IMG/VR virus record: IMGVR_UViG_3300036795_000116
Coordinates: 5,318-69,317 of that record
DNA: 64,000 nt
Source: a virus
Strand: one strand, 5' to 3'
The notes below the pieces were generated by a model that was not told the origin of the DNA, searched no databases, and saw only the letters and a program-made list of their open reading frames with translations. Numbering within the stretch: the first letter of the stretch is position 1; each line of letters opens with the position of its first letter. The position numbers and the translations under genes are program-made. Positions 45,860 to 56,126 of the stretch are shown piece by piece.

Positions 45860-47635
45860 TTACAGGGCCTTGAACTCAGCCTCAACCTGCAGGGCCTTCT
45901 GCATGTAGCCCTTCCGCAGATCCGGGTCTTCCGCCGCAGACGCCATGGACTTATAGCGCATGACCTCACGGCCTAGATCGGACTTGCGTGCGTTGACGCG
46001 CTCAACCTCGGTCCGACGCAGGGTCGGGCCTCCGGGAGTGGCCATCTGCTCGACCTTTTCCAGCCGCGCACCCAGCTCAGTGCTGAGTGCCTCCGCGACG
46101 GACTTCGTCGAAGCCTCTACGATGTCCACGAACATCTTGCGAATTGGTGAATCCTCCTCGCTGAGGGCGGCAGTAAACGCCTTCACGAGGGAGTCCTGGT
46201 CAGGTGCGGCGCCTACGGCCTTGGTGGCCTCGGGCTGCTCGGCAACCTCTTCGGTCGGCTCATCGGTCGCCACGTCGGTGGCGGCCTTCTCGACCGGCTC
46301 GACATTCTCAACATCCGCCACGTCAGCGGAATCGCTGGTCAGAGTGTCACTCACATTGTCCGCCTTCGTAGTCGTGGCTTCAGCCATCTTGGTCCAGCTT
46401 TCGGGGATCATGTCCGACGCACCTAGCGCGCTCGCGCGACGCTTGATATACGACCGGATCGAGTCGTGGTCACCGGAACCGCGGCCCACGGCGTGGATCG
46501 CATTCGACAAGTCGGACTTGTCGCCGATCGGGTAGGACGGGTCGCCATTCGGATTCTTCATGGCCTTACCCGCCTTGAGCATCGCCTTCAATTCGTCGGC
46601 GGAGTACTTGGCCTTGACCAGCTCGCCGCGAGTGTTGACGGTTCCGGGGAGCGCGTCCGCCCCGACAGCCAGGTAGATCACGCTGTCCGGATCGACGGCG
46701 TTCTGCTCCATCTGCTCCCGGCGAGCGAAGCACCGCAATGCGTCGACAGCGCTCATCAGGAGGTGAATGTCGCAACTCTGGGCGGGCATCTCGGCCAAAT
46801 CCTTGGCCTCAGAGATGATCAGCTGCGCGATTGCGGCGATGGCCGCGTTCGCACCCGCGATATCGCCCGTCTCGTCCTGCCCGAGCCCATCCGTGGCCTT
46901 GTTGACCAGCGCGATCGCGGCCTCACGGTCGAACTCGGGCTCGTCGCTGACCGCGGTCTTGCCAGCATCAGAGAAGGTCGGGTTCTGCGGAGCCTTCGAC
47001 TCGGCGGGGGCGAAGCTCACCTGCGGCGCGTCCACCTCAGCCTGCGCCTGTTCGACGGGCTCGATCGGCTCCGAGACGGTCTTGAGCCTGATCTCGTTCT
47101 CCGGGTAGAAGTTCAAGTCTTCGCACTTCACCAGGCCGCGCTCCGCGTCGAAGTCCGACGTGCGCCCCTCCCAGCCCGACGCCGCCGCCTTGCAGAGCAT
47201 CAGCGTGCAGGCCGGGTTCGCGGGGCGATCGCAGAGGCTGACCTCGGTGATCATGCCGCCGTTGATCAGCCCGTTCGGAGCGGTCGGGCTCTTCACGATC
47301 TTCGGGCGGCGGATGCCGATCGAGAAGCCGGTGAAGATGCCCGCCCGGGTCTTGGCGATCGCGTCCCGGTCGACGATCCGAGCGGTGATGTAGTGACCGT
47401 CCGCGTCGAAGGTGTGCTCGGTCGCCTTACCGACGGCGGAGTCCGCCCGGTGCTGAGCGCGAATGTTGCCGGCGGAGGAGAACCACTCCGGCATCGCGGT
47501 ACTCAGCCAGGTCGGATCACACCGCTGGTCATCAAGGTCAAGACCCCCGTCTGTGGCCTTGCCATAGACGAGCAAGCTTCCATCGTCTTGTTCCACCGTC
47601 TTGGCGATCGGCGCGAAGGTAGACGTTAGGTCCAT
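45860..47635 (-). CDS. prohead protease-scaffold fusion
   Basis: VYG.AT, NIRAQH, GFSIG, EVSLCDRPANP; acidic C-terminus; internal SYPI...NAI...IKRRA..LG domain. Confidence 0.88.
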   Translation of the reverse strand: MDLTSTFAPIAKTVEQDDGSLLVYGKATDGGLDLDDQRCDPTWLSTAMPEWFSSAGNIRAQHRADSAVGKATEHTFDADGHYITARIVDRDAIAKTRAGIFTGFSIGIRRPKIVKSPTAPNGLINGGMITEVSLCDRPANPACTLMLCKAAASGWEGRTSDFDAERGLVKCEDLNFYPENEIRLKTVSEPIEPVEQAQAEVDAPQVSFAPAESKAPQNPTFSDAGKTAVSDEPEFDREAAIALVNKATDGLGQDETGDIAGANAAIAAIAQLIISEAKDLAEMPAQSCDIHLLMSAVDALRCFARREQMEQNAVDPDSVIYLAVGADALPGTVNTRGELVKAKYSADELKAMLKAGKAMKNPNGDPSYPIGDKSDLSNAIHAVGRGSGDHDSIRSYIKRRASALGASDMIPESWTKMAEATTTKADNVSDTLTSDSADVADVENVEPVEKAATDVATDEPTEEVAEQPEATKAVGAAPDQDSLVKAFTAALSEEDSPIRKMFVDIVEASTKSVAEALSTELGARLEKVEQMATPGGPTLRRTEVERVNARKSDLGREVMRYKSMASAAEDPDLRKGYMQKALQVEAEFKAL

Positions 47636-47722
47636 TTCTCCCCTATTTCGACAGCGCGCAACGACGCGTCAGCTCTATGGGCTTCTTGTCGGCGGCCGTG
47701 CGCGACATGAGGTTGATGGCCG

Positions 47723-48421
47723 CTAAAAGTTCGGACTGTGTTGCTGGAATAGCGGCCCAACCCAAGCCACCGCGTAGCACCGACACTTCGGGTGCGCGGC
47801 TCCCGGGTAGACCCCGTCTGGAGGGTTGTCGATCGTGAAGAGGCGGTGATCCAACATCGCGCAGCGCGCCTCAACCTTGCTGTCCTCCTGGGTGCGCCAG
47901 ACCAGGAGTTGGGACTTGAGGGCGTCGACCTTCTTCGCGGCGGCCCGACGTCCCCGACCGGCGGCAACGTGCATGTCGAGATACCGACGTTCCCGCGTCA
48001 TCGCGCTGGTCGAGTTGTCGTCCTCCGCCGCCACGGTCAGCCGCTTAGAGGCCGCCAGCACGTAGAGCGCGCGCATCTGGGGTTCCTCTGAGGCCACCCG
48101 ACGCATCGCGGCCATATGGTCTTGAGCGCTGGGCGCCCCGTGGCGGGTTCGTCCGGTCATCGGCTTCGCCAGCACCATGTGACCCACCTGCTCGGCCACT
48201 TCGCGCTTGATCCCGGTGGCGACCAGCAGCTCGATCAGGTAGTCGGGCAGCTCGGTCGCCTTCACCGCGTCCGGGGAGGCGAACCAGTTCGTCAGCGCGG
48301 TGACCAGGTGCTGATCAGCGACGTACGGGATGCTGTGGTCGACCTTGGTGAGCTGGGCTGACGCCGCCTTCGCCCGAGCGAGGGCCATCAGCGCCCGAAC
48401 GGTGGCCTCATTCGTCATCAC
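47723..48421 (-). CDS. MuF-like minor head protein
   Basis: W.T..D..V...C, PGAAHPKCRC. Confidence 0.8.
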   Translation of the reverse strand: MMTNEATVRALMALARAKAASAQLTKVDHSIPYVADQHLVTALTNWFASPDAVKATELPDYLIELLVATGIKREVAEQVGHMVLAKPMTGRTRHGAPSAQDHMAAMRRVASEEPQMRALYVLAASKRLTVAAEDDNSTSAMTRERRYLDMHVAAGRGRRAAAKKVDALKSQLLVWRTQEDSKVEARCAMLDHRLFTIDNPPDGVYPGAAHPKCRCYAVAWVGPLFQQHSPNF

Positions 48422-50387
48422 GCATCTCGAACAACGCCTTGACCGCGTCGAGGTCCCCAGCGGCGGCCAGGCGGTTCGCGGCCTCCCCGGTCTCGGTGTC
48501 CAGCGCCTCGAACTCGAAGTCCCGCCAGGCGGAGGTGCCCGCGCGCTTGGTCATGAAGGCCGTGAACGCGCGCTGCTCCGCCTTCTTCGCCAGGGCGGGG
48601 GCTTTCGCCGGAGCCTGCTTCGCGGGACGGGGCTTCGCCGGAGCGGACGCCGGCCGAGGGGTCTCCTGCGGGTTCGGCGCCTTCGCGGTCGGTTCGTTGT
48701 TGTAGCCAGGCTGGTTCTGCGCCGCGGAAGGCAGGTTGCCCGGCATCCCGACCGGCTGCACCTCGACGTTGAGCCACGCCGGCCCCGTCGGAGTCGCCAG
48801 GAAGGGCTCATCCGCCTCGGGGAAGGTGTAGCGCGGCAGGTTCAGCTGGTCGCGGCCCTCGTTGAGGGTCTGCAGCGCCGAAGAGATATACCCGGTCAAT
48901 AGGGTCGCCTCTCGCTGCTCGTCCTCATCGTCCAAGCCGTGGAACTGGAACGTGACTTCCGGAGGCATGCCGAGGTAGTGCGTCGAGACCTCGTTAATCA
49001 TGTCCGTCACCCAGGCCGCGGTCGGCTTCGTGGCGCGCGTCAGCTGGGTCTCCTGCTCACCCTCCTGAATCGCGGAGCCGGCCATACCGGAGTTGCCGTT
49101 CGGTACGAAACCGAGCGAAGTCGGCATGACGTCGAATGCCACGCAGATCAGCCTAATCAGGTGCAGGTCGAAGTCGGAAGTGAACTTGGCGTCGTGGTTA
49201 TCCGGGTAGGTAGCGGCGAAGCCAGCGGGCAGGAAGCGAGCGCGATGGCGTTCCGCGTTCTGGCCGGAAAGATCATCGTTGAAGACAGCCTCATACTCCC
49301 TCAGCTGCTCAGGGGTCATGTTGGTGTCCACCGAGACGAGCATCTCCGGCGCGACGCCGGCCGTGTACTCACTGCGCAGCCAGTCGAAGCGCTTGAGCCA
49401 GAGATCGACATCCACCAACGCCTGCTCGACGTTGGAGAAGCCGTAGGGGCCTCGTGACCGACGATTCTTGACCTTATAGATCAGCGTGTCGGTGTTCGCG
49501 TTGACGCCTTCGGGCTTGCCGTAGACAGCGGATATGAATTGCCCGTCGACCTCTTCGTGCGGCGACGCGTCGTATTCTCCGCGTGGGAATCCCCAAAGAA
49601 TTTGTTGATAGGCGGCATACGGCGGCTGCGGTGTCGCTCCGCGATAGTCGAGCAGCGGCTTGATGGTCGTGGCATCCAGCAATTCCAGCGAATGAAGGTC
49701 TCCATTCATCTGAAGGTGCGGGTAGAGCGCGACCGCGTCCAGGACGAGCTGGTCCTCCATCAAGGCGCCGAGCCACTCCGCGAAGTTCCAGCCGTTGATC
49801 TTGTCCGGCTTCGACCACCACCGATGGAGCTTCTCGATCTTGTCGGAAAACTTGTCCTGCAGGTCGCTGGTCACCGTCTGCCGGGAGACGCCGCTGCGCT
49901 GAGCGAGGTGCTTGGCCCGCGCGGCGTCGATGCCGAAGCTCCACTCCAACCCGGTCAGCGCGGCCTTGTTGACCTCGATGCAGGCCCGCATGATGGAGAC
50001 CGTGTCGGCGGTATCGCGCAGCACCGACCAGGGCACCGAGCGGGTCGTCGTCGTCTGAAGGTTCCACGTAGCCGGGTATTCCCAGCGTCGGGGTGCCGGG
50101 CGCCCGGAGCGCAGCGGCTGATCCAGCGGCGCCGGGTAGAGCGGGATCCCCGGTCCGAAGCTGTTCTCGGCGTAGGGGTCGCGGGTCAGGGCGGCGGCCG
50201 GGTTCGGACGCGCGTTGCGCTGCTGCAGTTGCTGCAGGTACTGGGTGGTGATCTGGGTGGTCTGGGTACCCGGGGGCAGCTGGAGGGCCTTGTTCAGCTC
50301 TTCGCGGATGATCCCCCGAACGTCAGCTGCCGGAGCCGGATCAGGCGCGATGGGATAGCTCTGACGCGGCCGACGACGCTTTGCCAC
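48408..50387 (-). CDS. portal protein
   Basis: ED.LVLDA, L...TIKP, YGFS.VEQ, I..AF.V.P..LG, NEGR..LNL; GTG start with GGGGG RBS. Confidence 0.92.
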   Translation of the reverse strand: MAKRRRPRQSYPIAPDPAPAADVRGIIREELNKALQLPPGTQTTQITTQYLQQLQQRNARPNPAAALTRDPYAENSFGPGIPLYPAPLDQPLRSGRPAPRRWEYPATWNLQTTTTRSVPWSVLRDTADTVSIMRACIEVNKAALTGLEWSFGIDAARAKHLAQRSGVSRQTVTSDLQDKFSDKIEKLHRWWSKPDKINGWNFAEWLGALMEDQLVLDAVALYPHLQMNGDLHSLELLDATTIKPLLDYRGATPQPPYAAYQQILWGFPRGEYDASPHEEVDGQFISAVYGKPEGVNANTDTLIYKVKNRRSRGPYGFSNVEQALVDVDLWLKRFDWLRSEYTAGVAPEMLVSVDTNMTPEQLREYEAVFNDDLSGQNAERHRARFLPAGFAATYPDNHDAKFTSDFDLHLIRLICVAFDVMPTSLGFVPNGNSGMAGSAIQEGEQETQLTRATKPTAAWVTDMINEVSTHYLGMPPEVTFQFHGLDDEDEQREATLLTGYISSALQTLNEGRDQLNLPRYTFPEADEPFLATPTGPAWLNVEVQPVGMPGNLPSAAQNQPGYNNEPTAKAPNPQETPRPASAPAKPRPAKQAPAKAPALAKKAEQRAFTAFMTKRAGTSAWRDFEFEALDTETGEAANRLAAAGDLDAVKALFEMRDDE

Positions 50388-50469
50388 GGACTCACCCCCT
50401 TCCGAGTTGTCATGGCGAGGCGGCGGAGATCGCAGCCCTTGCAGGTGCCGAGCGGGCACCGTCGTAATT

Positions 50470-50949
50470 TCACGAGGTGCGTACTTGGTTCTCGTCGATG
50501 ATCAGATTGAGCGCGACCCGCTGGCGCCCGGTCGGGACGCGATCCGCCCACCCGTTCTCGGTCGCGCCGTCGTCGGTCTCTGCCGAGCGGTGCACCGAGA
50601 AGGCTTCCGCGCCATGCCGGCGGACCTTCGCGGCGAGTTCGTCGAGGGACTCCGCTAGGGACTCGTCGAGATCGACCGGGGGTGCTTCGAGGTCGGTCTG
50701 CGCGGGCGGGGTCCAGCCGTGGCGGATCAGCATCTCGCGGGTGCCCTCGTACGGCATCCGGATCTCGTTGACGCCCTCGAACTCGATCTCGACCACGACC
50801 GCTTCCATCTCGACCTTGACCGCGTCCTTCAGGCCGACGACGACCTTGAGATCGGTGAAACAGTTCGAGACGTCCACGTCGTCAATAAAGATCTGCGTCT
50901 GGAAACCAACGCCGGACTTGTTGACGATGCGCATACGGGGTTCGGTCAC
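50470..50949 (-). CDS. hypothetical protein between terminase and portal
   Basis: Intact ORF abutting the terL stop. Confidence 0.65.
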   Translation of the reverse strand: MTEPRMRIVNKSGVGFQTQIFIDDVDVSNCFTDLKVVVGLKDAVKVEMEAVVVEIEFEGVNEIRMPYEGTREMLIRHGWTPPAQTDLEAPPVDLDESLAESLDELAAKVRRHGAEAFSVHRSAETDDGATENGWADRVPTGRQRVALNLIIDENQVRTS

Positions 50950-52377
50950 TTACGCCGCCTCAGAAAGCTTAGTGCCGCACTTCTTACAATGAGTCGAGCG
51001 GCGAAGGTTGGGAAGTTCACAGTCCGCGTTGGGACACTGCTTGCTGATAGCGGACAAATAAGCCAGGGCGCTCGTGCCCATATTCAGCTCAGTCGCCGCC
51101 CAGACCATAGCGTCGAGGTTGTCCGGGCTCTCGGGAGAGTCGGTGGTGAACGTGCACATCTGGTCTTCTAGATGCGGCTGAGAGCCAACGATATGGCCGC
51201 GTCCCTGTTCCCAGAGCGCCGCGATCGGTTCCGCGCGCACCAACTTGCCTCGGGTCGCGCGTACCGACTTATAAGCGACACTCGGGTCAATGGTCCGAAT
51301 GACCTGCTCAATATAGTCGCCACCATTGTTGACCTCACCGATTACTCGGTCGGCGTGCCAATTGTGGTAGGCCTTCACGGCCTTACTCATCGCGTTGCGC
51401 GGCGTCCCCCGGGTGGTGCAGTCCTCCAGGATGTAGAAGTGGCCATCCGCGCTACGCCCCGCGACCACGATGCCGGTCGAGTCGGCCTTCTCCCCGCTAG
51501 TGACCGCCGGGTCGACCCCGACCACCACCCGCACCATCTGCGGGGCCTTATCCACCCGGGTGGCGTCAATGACATCCCGGCTCCACAAGGCGCCTTCGAT
51601 ATCATCGAGCAATTCCCCTTCCAGCTCTTGTCGGCCGAGCCGGGTGCCTTCGTGGGTAGCCCGTAGGTTCGCCAGCGCCACCCGAGAGAGGTTCGCGGCG
51701 TTATCCCAGGTAGACCCCCGGACGACCGCGACCGAGCTGTCCTCATTGGAGCGCTTGAGCAGATCCTTGAGGAACTTCACCGGCCGCGGCGTCGTCGTGA
51801 TCAGCATCCGGGGGTTGACCCCGATCCGCAGCGCCGGCATCAGCGCCTCATTGAAGAGCTGATCGGCGTGTTGCATCGCGGCGGCCTCATCGACCCAGGC
51901 GCCGGAAAGGTTGGTGCCACGCAGCCGGTCCGGGCGGTCCGCCGAATACCCATAAATCTTGCTGCCGTTGGTCAAGCGCACGATCAGATCGGAGGAGTTC
52001 TTGCTTTCCAGCTCGCCGGGCAACATCGCCTGCAGCAGGCCGGATTCGCCCTCGATACAGACCTTGCCGCAGTCTCGCCAGGTGGGGGAGACGACCGCCC
52101 ATTCGGTGCCGGGGTTGCGGGCGGCCTGCTCGGCGAGCCATTCCGCGCCCGTGCGGGTCTTGCCGAAACCACGCCCGGCCAGAATGAGCCAGGTGCTCCA
52201 GTCACCCTCGGGTGGGAGCTGATTCGCGCGCGCCTGCTGGTGCCAGGGCCGGGGCCGCGGTGGCGCGAGGATCGCCATCTGACGGTTCAGCCAGATCTGC
52301 TGTTCCTGCAGTTTCGCCAGCAGCTGGAGCTTGTCCATGGGGGCTTCGACGAGGGTCTCTTTGCCGATCTGGGCCAT
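50950..52377 (-). CDS. terL: terminase large subunit
   Basis: Walker A AGRGFGKT, Walker B WVDEAA, TTTP, GVDPA, SPDNLDA; C-terminal Cys finger. Confidence 0.96.
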   Translation of the reverse strand: MAQIGKETLVEAPMDKLQLLAKLQEQQIWLNRQMAILAPPRPRPWHQQARANQLPPEGDWSTWLILAGRGFGKTRTGAEWLAEQAARNPGTEWAVVSPTWRDCGKVCIEGESGLLQAMLPGELESKNSSDLIVRLTNGSKIYGYSADRPDRLRGTNLSGAWVDEAAAMQHADQLFNEALMPALRIGVNPRMLITTTPRPVKFLKDLLKRSNEDSSVAVVRGSTWDNAANLSRVALANLRATHEGTRLGRQELEGELLDDIEGALWSRDVIDATRVDKAPQMVRVVVGVDPAVTSGEKADSTGIVVAGRSADGHFYILEDCTTRGTPRNAMSKAVKAYHNWHADRVIGEVNNGGDYIEQVIRTIDPSVAYKSVRATRGKLVRAEPIAALWEQGRGHIVGSQPHLEDQMCTFTTDSPESPDNLDAMVWAATELNMGTSALAYLSAISKQCPNADCELPNLRRSTHCKKCGTKLSEAA

Positions 52378-52458
52378 CGTCACCACCTCCATGTGTAGTT
52401 AGGTCGTTGCGGGGGAACCCTCTTCGTGCTCGCCCTTACCCCGAGTTGAGGAGTCACC

Positions 52459-52692
52459 GTGCCCGACACCCAGGAGAAGACCGAGAAGGAGACCGCTGAT
52501 CAGCGCAAGGAGCGCGAGGCGGCCGAGAAGGAAGCTGAAGCCCAGGCCGAGAAGGACGCCGCCGACGTCGATGCGTTCTGGGCGTCCTATCGCGGCGAGG
52601 TGCTGGTGCGCTCGCAGACCAACGGAGCCTTCGACCACAACATCGCGCTAGCCGACCACGAAGCCAAGAAGGCCGCGGAGAAGGAAGAGTAA
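52459..52692 (+). CDS. small acidic protein, divergent from terL
   Basis: GAGGAG RBS; terminator follows. Confidence 0.7.
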   Translation: MPDTQEKTEKETADQRKEREAAEKEAEAQAEKDAADVDAFWASYRGEVLVRSQTNGAFDHNIALADHEAKKAAEKEE

Positions 52693-52707
52693 AGAGCTAG
52701 CTAACAG

Positions 52708-52748
52708 CACAACGCCCCAGCCGTTTCGATGCCGGCTGGGGCGTTGTG
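52708..52748. terminator. bidirectional hairpin terminator
   Basis: CACAACGCCCCAGCCG/CGGCTGGGGCGTTGTG between convergent genes. Confidence 0.8.
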
Positions 52749-52768
52749 GCGTTCGCTGAAGGGTTAGG

Positions 52769-53488
52769 TTAGCTGAGCGTGATCTTGTGTTGCTCGCGCA
52801 GCACGATGCCCCGGATCGTCATCGGGGAGGACCAGCGCGCCGCTCGGCGAGGTTTGATGCCCTCGGCGTCGAGCTGGGCGCCGATCTCCCGGAAGCTCAG
52901 CCCCGAGGCGTGCAGGGCCAGGATCCGAACGACCGCCAGACGCTCTCCGTCGTGAGGCCCGGCGTCGCGCTCGCGTCCGGTCCCGGTGCCGGTGGTGCCG
53001 AATTTGTACTGTCCCACGGCGTGTTTCCCTTCGGCTGCCTTGATCCGGCGACCGTCGCGCAGGCGCTTCGTGATCATCGCGCGCTCCAGCTGCTGGAAGA
53101 CACCCTGCATCTGGCGCATCGCGGTGCGCATCGGGTCGTCGGGGTCATCCTTGAGGATCTCACCCTGATCGGCGCCGAACACCTTCCGGTTCATGCCCCA
53201 GATGTGCGCGAGGATCGCCTCTTGGATGGTCAGCTCACGCGCGAGACGGCCGAGGTTCGCCACCACCAGACCGTCGATCTTCGGTGAGGCGGCCAGCTCG
53301 TCGAGGACTTCGACCATCTTCGGCCGGGCCGCGAAGCCCGACTTGCCGGTGATGTCGTCGGTCTTGACGTCCACGATCTGGTGTTTGCCGTACTTCGCCC
53401 ACTTCTTGATGTCGGCGAGCTGGGCAGCGGGCCCGTAGGCATCCAGCTGGGGCGTCGACGAGACCCGGAGGTAGGCGATGAGCTTCAT
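52769..53488 (-). CDS. serine recombinase (resolvase domain plus short recombinase-like tail)
   Basis: YLRVSS..Q (catalytic Ser), D..TG...RP, RLAR, LER..I..R, G.S.REI...L...G. Confidence 0.92.
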   Translation of the reverse strand: MKLIAYLRVSSTPQLDAYGPAAQLADIKKWAKYGKHQIVDVKTDDITGKSGFAARPKMVEVLDELAASPKIDGLVVANLGRLARELTIQEAILAHIWGMNRKVFGADQGEILKDDPDDPMRTAMRQMQGVFQQLERAMITKRLRDGRRIKAAEGKHAVGQYKFGTTGTGTGRERDAGPHDGERLAVVRILALHASGLSFREIGAQLDAEGIKPRRAARWSSPMTIRGIVLREQHKITLS

Positions 53489-53583
53489 GGCTCAAATGTA
53501 CAGGCTCTGACCTGCGGTGTACATACTTTTAGGGTGTTTGGAGGGGGTTGCTCGTATACACGGTCCGGTGCTATATTGGGGTT

Positions 53584-53937
53584 ATGACCACCACTGAGTT
53601 TGATGCCTTCGACGACGACCCCGGCGAGAAGTACCGCGACAACGACGTCCTGGCCGGCTGCCCGCTGCCGGGTTGCTCGAAGATGTTCTGGCAGCGCGGT
53701 TACCTCGTCAACGGGAAGCCCTCGCCGGAAACCTGCTGCTACCGCCACGGGCAGCTGCTGCGCGCCCAACGAGAAGGCACCGGCGGCCGGGGTCTCACCC
53801 CTCGGGAGCAGCAGATCCACCAGCTCGCCCAGGCCGGGTTGGCCAACAAAGAGATCGCCGCGCGCCTGGGCATCTCCGCCAACACCGTGAAGGCCACCAC
53901 GACCAACATCCGCCGCAAGCTCGAACAGAGGGGTTGA
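53584..53937 (+). CDS. LuxR-type HTH protein with N-terminal Cys/His finger
   Basis: LTPREQQI..L...G.ANKEIA..LGIS.NTVK..I.RKL. Confidence 0.88.
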   Translation: MTTTEFDAFDDDPGEKYRDNDVLAGCPLPGCSKMFWQRGYLVNGKPSPETCCYRHGQLLRAQREGTGGRGLTPREQQIHQLAQAGLANKEIAARLGISANTVKATTTNIRRKLEQRG

Positions 53938-53938
53938 G

Positions 53939-54262
53939 ATGTGCCATCGTTGCCAGCCCCATCAGGGCTATGTGGTGGGCGCGGTGCTCGCGGTGGTGCC
54001 GTTCGTGGTCGTCGACATCTGGCTGGTGCAGGCCGGCCTCAACCCGTTCGTCGCGGTGGCCGCGCTCTTCGTCGTCGGCGTCGTCGGCTGGTGGGCCTGG
54101 GACCGACACCGCGGCGTCCGCTGGACCGAAAAGCCGCCTCCGTCGTCGGGCTCGGGGGGTGGGCGCTCGGTTGGTCCGTTAGGGTCGCCTAGGCCAAATG
54201 GGGGTCGCGGGGGTGGTAGCGGTCGACCGCGCTCACAGGCCTACTGGTCGAACCGACGGTGA
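53939..54262 (+). CDS. two-TM membrane protein
   Basis: Hydrophobic hairpin; follows the LuxR gene. Confidence 0.55.
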   Translation: MCHRCQPHQGYVVGAVLAVVPFVVVDIWLVQAGLNPFVAVAALFVVGVVGWWAWDRHRGVRWTEKPPPSSGSGGGRSVGPLGSPRPNGGRGGGSGRPRSQAYWSNRR

Positions 54263-54341
54263 TACGCTGACGACGGTTCCTTTGCGGGGAGCCAGTCCAG
54301 TAGTGGGTAGTTGGTGGGTTCCGTTGCCGCGGGGCTCACCA

Positions 54342-54456
54342 GGAGAACGGGTCCTTTTCGCGGGGGCCCGTTCTTTTATTTCGTGGTAACCTGGCCGAGC
54401 CCTTCACCGGGGGCGGGAGAACGGGTCCTCATTGGGTTGGGGCCCGTTCTTTTTAT
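54342..54456 (+). terminator. two tandem paralogous terminators
   Basis: GGAGAACGGGTCC..GGGCCCGTTCTTTT at 54342-54381 and 54416-54456. Confidence 0.7.
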
Positions 54457-54743
54457 GTCTTGGGTCGGCCGCAGTTCCCGCAGGCTTCGAAGTCCGCTGG
54501 CCGATGCTTCCAGGGGCGCCTGAACTCTTCTTCACCAGGCTGCCGACGCCAAACCCCGCGCCAGCGATGCCGGCCCACCAGGCAGAACGTGTAGGCCATC
54601 AGCTCGGGCTTACGACGGTAACGCCACGTCAGCGCCAGGTGGTTGCGGGTGCCGCCGTACAGCGACCTGCAGTCCGGGGTGCCAGGCCAGTGATCGAGCG
54701 GGTGAAACTGACTGAAATCGAGCTTGCGGGGTGGTTCGCTCAA
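54453..54743 (-). CDS. hypothetical protein with C..GRH.W..CxxC motif
   Basis: ORF track; Cys motif. Confidence 0.55.
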   Translation of the reverse strand: MSEPPRKLDFSQFHPLDHWPGTPDCRSLYGGTRNHLALTWRYRRKPELMAYTFCLVGRHRWRGVWRRQPGEEEFRRPWKHRPADFEACGNCGRPKT

Positions 54744-54769
54744 AGTGGGTGGCCCGTGTCGGGGGCTAG

Positions 54770-54885
54770 TCGGTGCGGGGAGTGGCCGGACCCTGCTCCT
54801 CGGTAGTGAACAGGGGCCGGCTCACCCTCGGTGCGGGGAGTGGCCGGACCCTGCTCGCTGATAACAAGCAGGGGCCAGCTCACCC
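54770..54885. repeat. 2 x 58-nt tandem hairpin repeat with variable loop
   Basis: TCGGTGCGGGGAGTGGCCGGACCCTGCTC-N12-CAGGGGCCRGCTCACCC twice. Confidence 0.85.
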
Positions 54886-55282
54886 CTTGGAGACCACTCT
54901 CCTTGACGAAGAGGCCGCCAGCGTATCAGTCGAGGAGTTGGCCCTGCTCCTGCTTCGGGGGTTTCAGCAGCTCGGCCAGCATCTCCCGCTGCACCTCGCT
55001 GAGCCCACAGCCTTGCTCTAGCGACGGCCCGCCCCGGGGACCCAGGATGAAGATGCCCTTCGCGGACGCGGATTCGATGAGGTCGCAACCTTCGCAGCAG
55101 TTATGACGATTCATGATCAACTTTCACTCCCGCAAAAATTTTTGCCGCGAAAAAATCGCTCTGACCAGGGGCTTTCGCCCACACTAGCGCGAGCGCCAAT
55201 TTCGAGCGGCGCTTACCATGATCAACTTCTCGCTCCGGAAAAAATCTCGCCCACACAAACGCTGGTGAACCCGTGCCCCAAA

Positions 55283-55430
55283 TGTCACACCTGTGTGACA
55301 CTTAGGGGGGGATGTGTCACAGTTGATCATCACCCGTTTGGTCGTCACCCACTTGGCCTAGTTCACCCACATGCGAGTTGATCATCACCCATATGCGTCA
55401 CCCGTTTGGCGGTACCCATCACCCGTTTGC
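55283..55430. repeat. palindrome plus TCACCC iteron-like cluster
   Basis: TGTCACAC-CT-GTGTGACA (55283-55300); TCACCC at 55330, 55345, 55363, 55385, 55398, 55419; AGTTGATCATCACCC twice. Confidence 0.75.
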
Positions 55431-56047
55431 GGCGCTAGACTGGCCGTAGGCCAGTTCGACAAGATCAACAACGAGAGGAGAGGTGGGCCGTGCGCGGGCG
55501 TGAGCCTGCTCACTTTCCGGGAAAGCCCCCGCGGGAGAGTATGCCCAAAGGACGTCGCTACCCGGCCCCGTGCTGTCAGTCGCGGGATGATGATCTCACC
55601 GCCGAGTAAAGAGAGGCTTAGCCTCCGCGCGGCTGGTAGCTCAGGCTACCCCGCGTGACTCCCCGGAGTCCGTTGAGCGTCCGGAACGCCGCGACGCGAG
55701 CCCACCTGCAACGGTGGCACGGTGCCGGGTCGACCCTAACTCGGGCTGTCCACGGAGACGTGGGCGATAGGTGATCCAGATCTCATCCATGCCTCAATGA
55801 TCCAGACGGGTAGATCAAATACGTTCAAGATCCAAATACGTTTGAAGATCAACTATGCCACGTGCGAGAGGATGATGATCATGAAGACTACGTCACTACA
55901 GATTGTCCATCGCCGTGGCTCCCAGCTATGGGATCATGCGCAGAGTAGTCACTCTGCCGGGCCGGTCACGGCCACCCTAGCGAAACGGTCACGTCGGCAA
56001 CGGCGAGCCGCTCGGGTGAGTACCCCCCGATAGCAAGATCACCCGTT

Positions 56048-56088
56048 GGTCACGGGCATGATCCTTTACTGTGATCATGCCCGTGACC
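56048..56088 (-). terminator. 16-bp inverted repeat downstream of 56127-56660
   Basis: GGTCACGGGCATGATC/GATCATGCCCGTGACC. Confidence 0.7.
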
Positions 56089-56126
56089 TGCGGTGTATGC
56101 GAATCGACAGATACATGTACAGCGCG

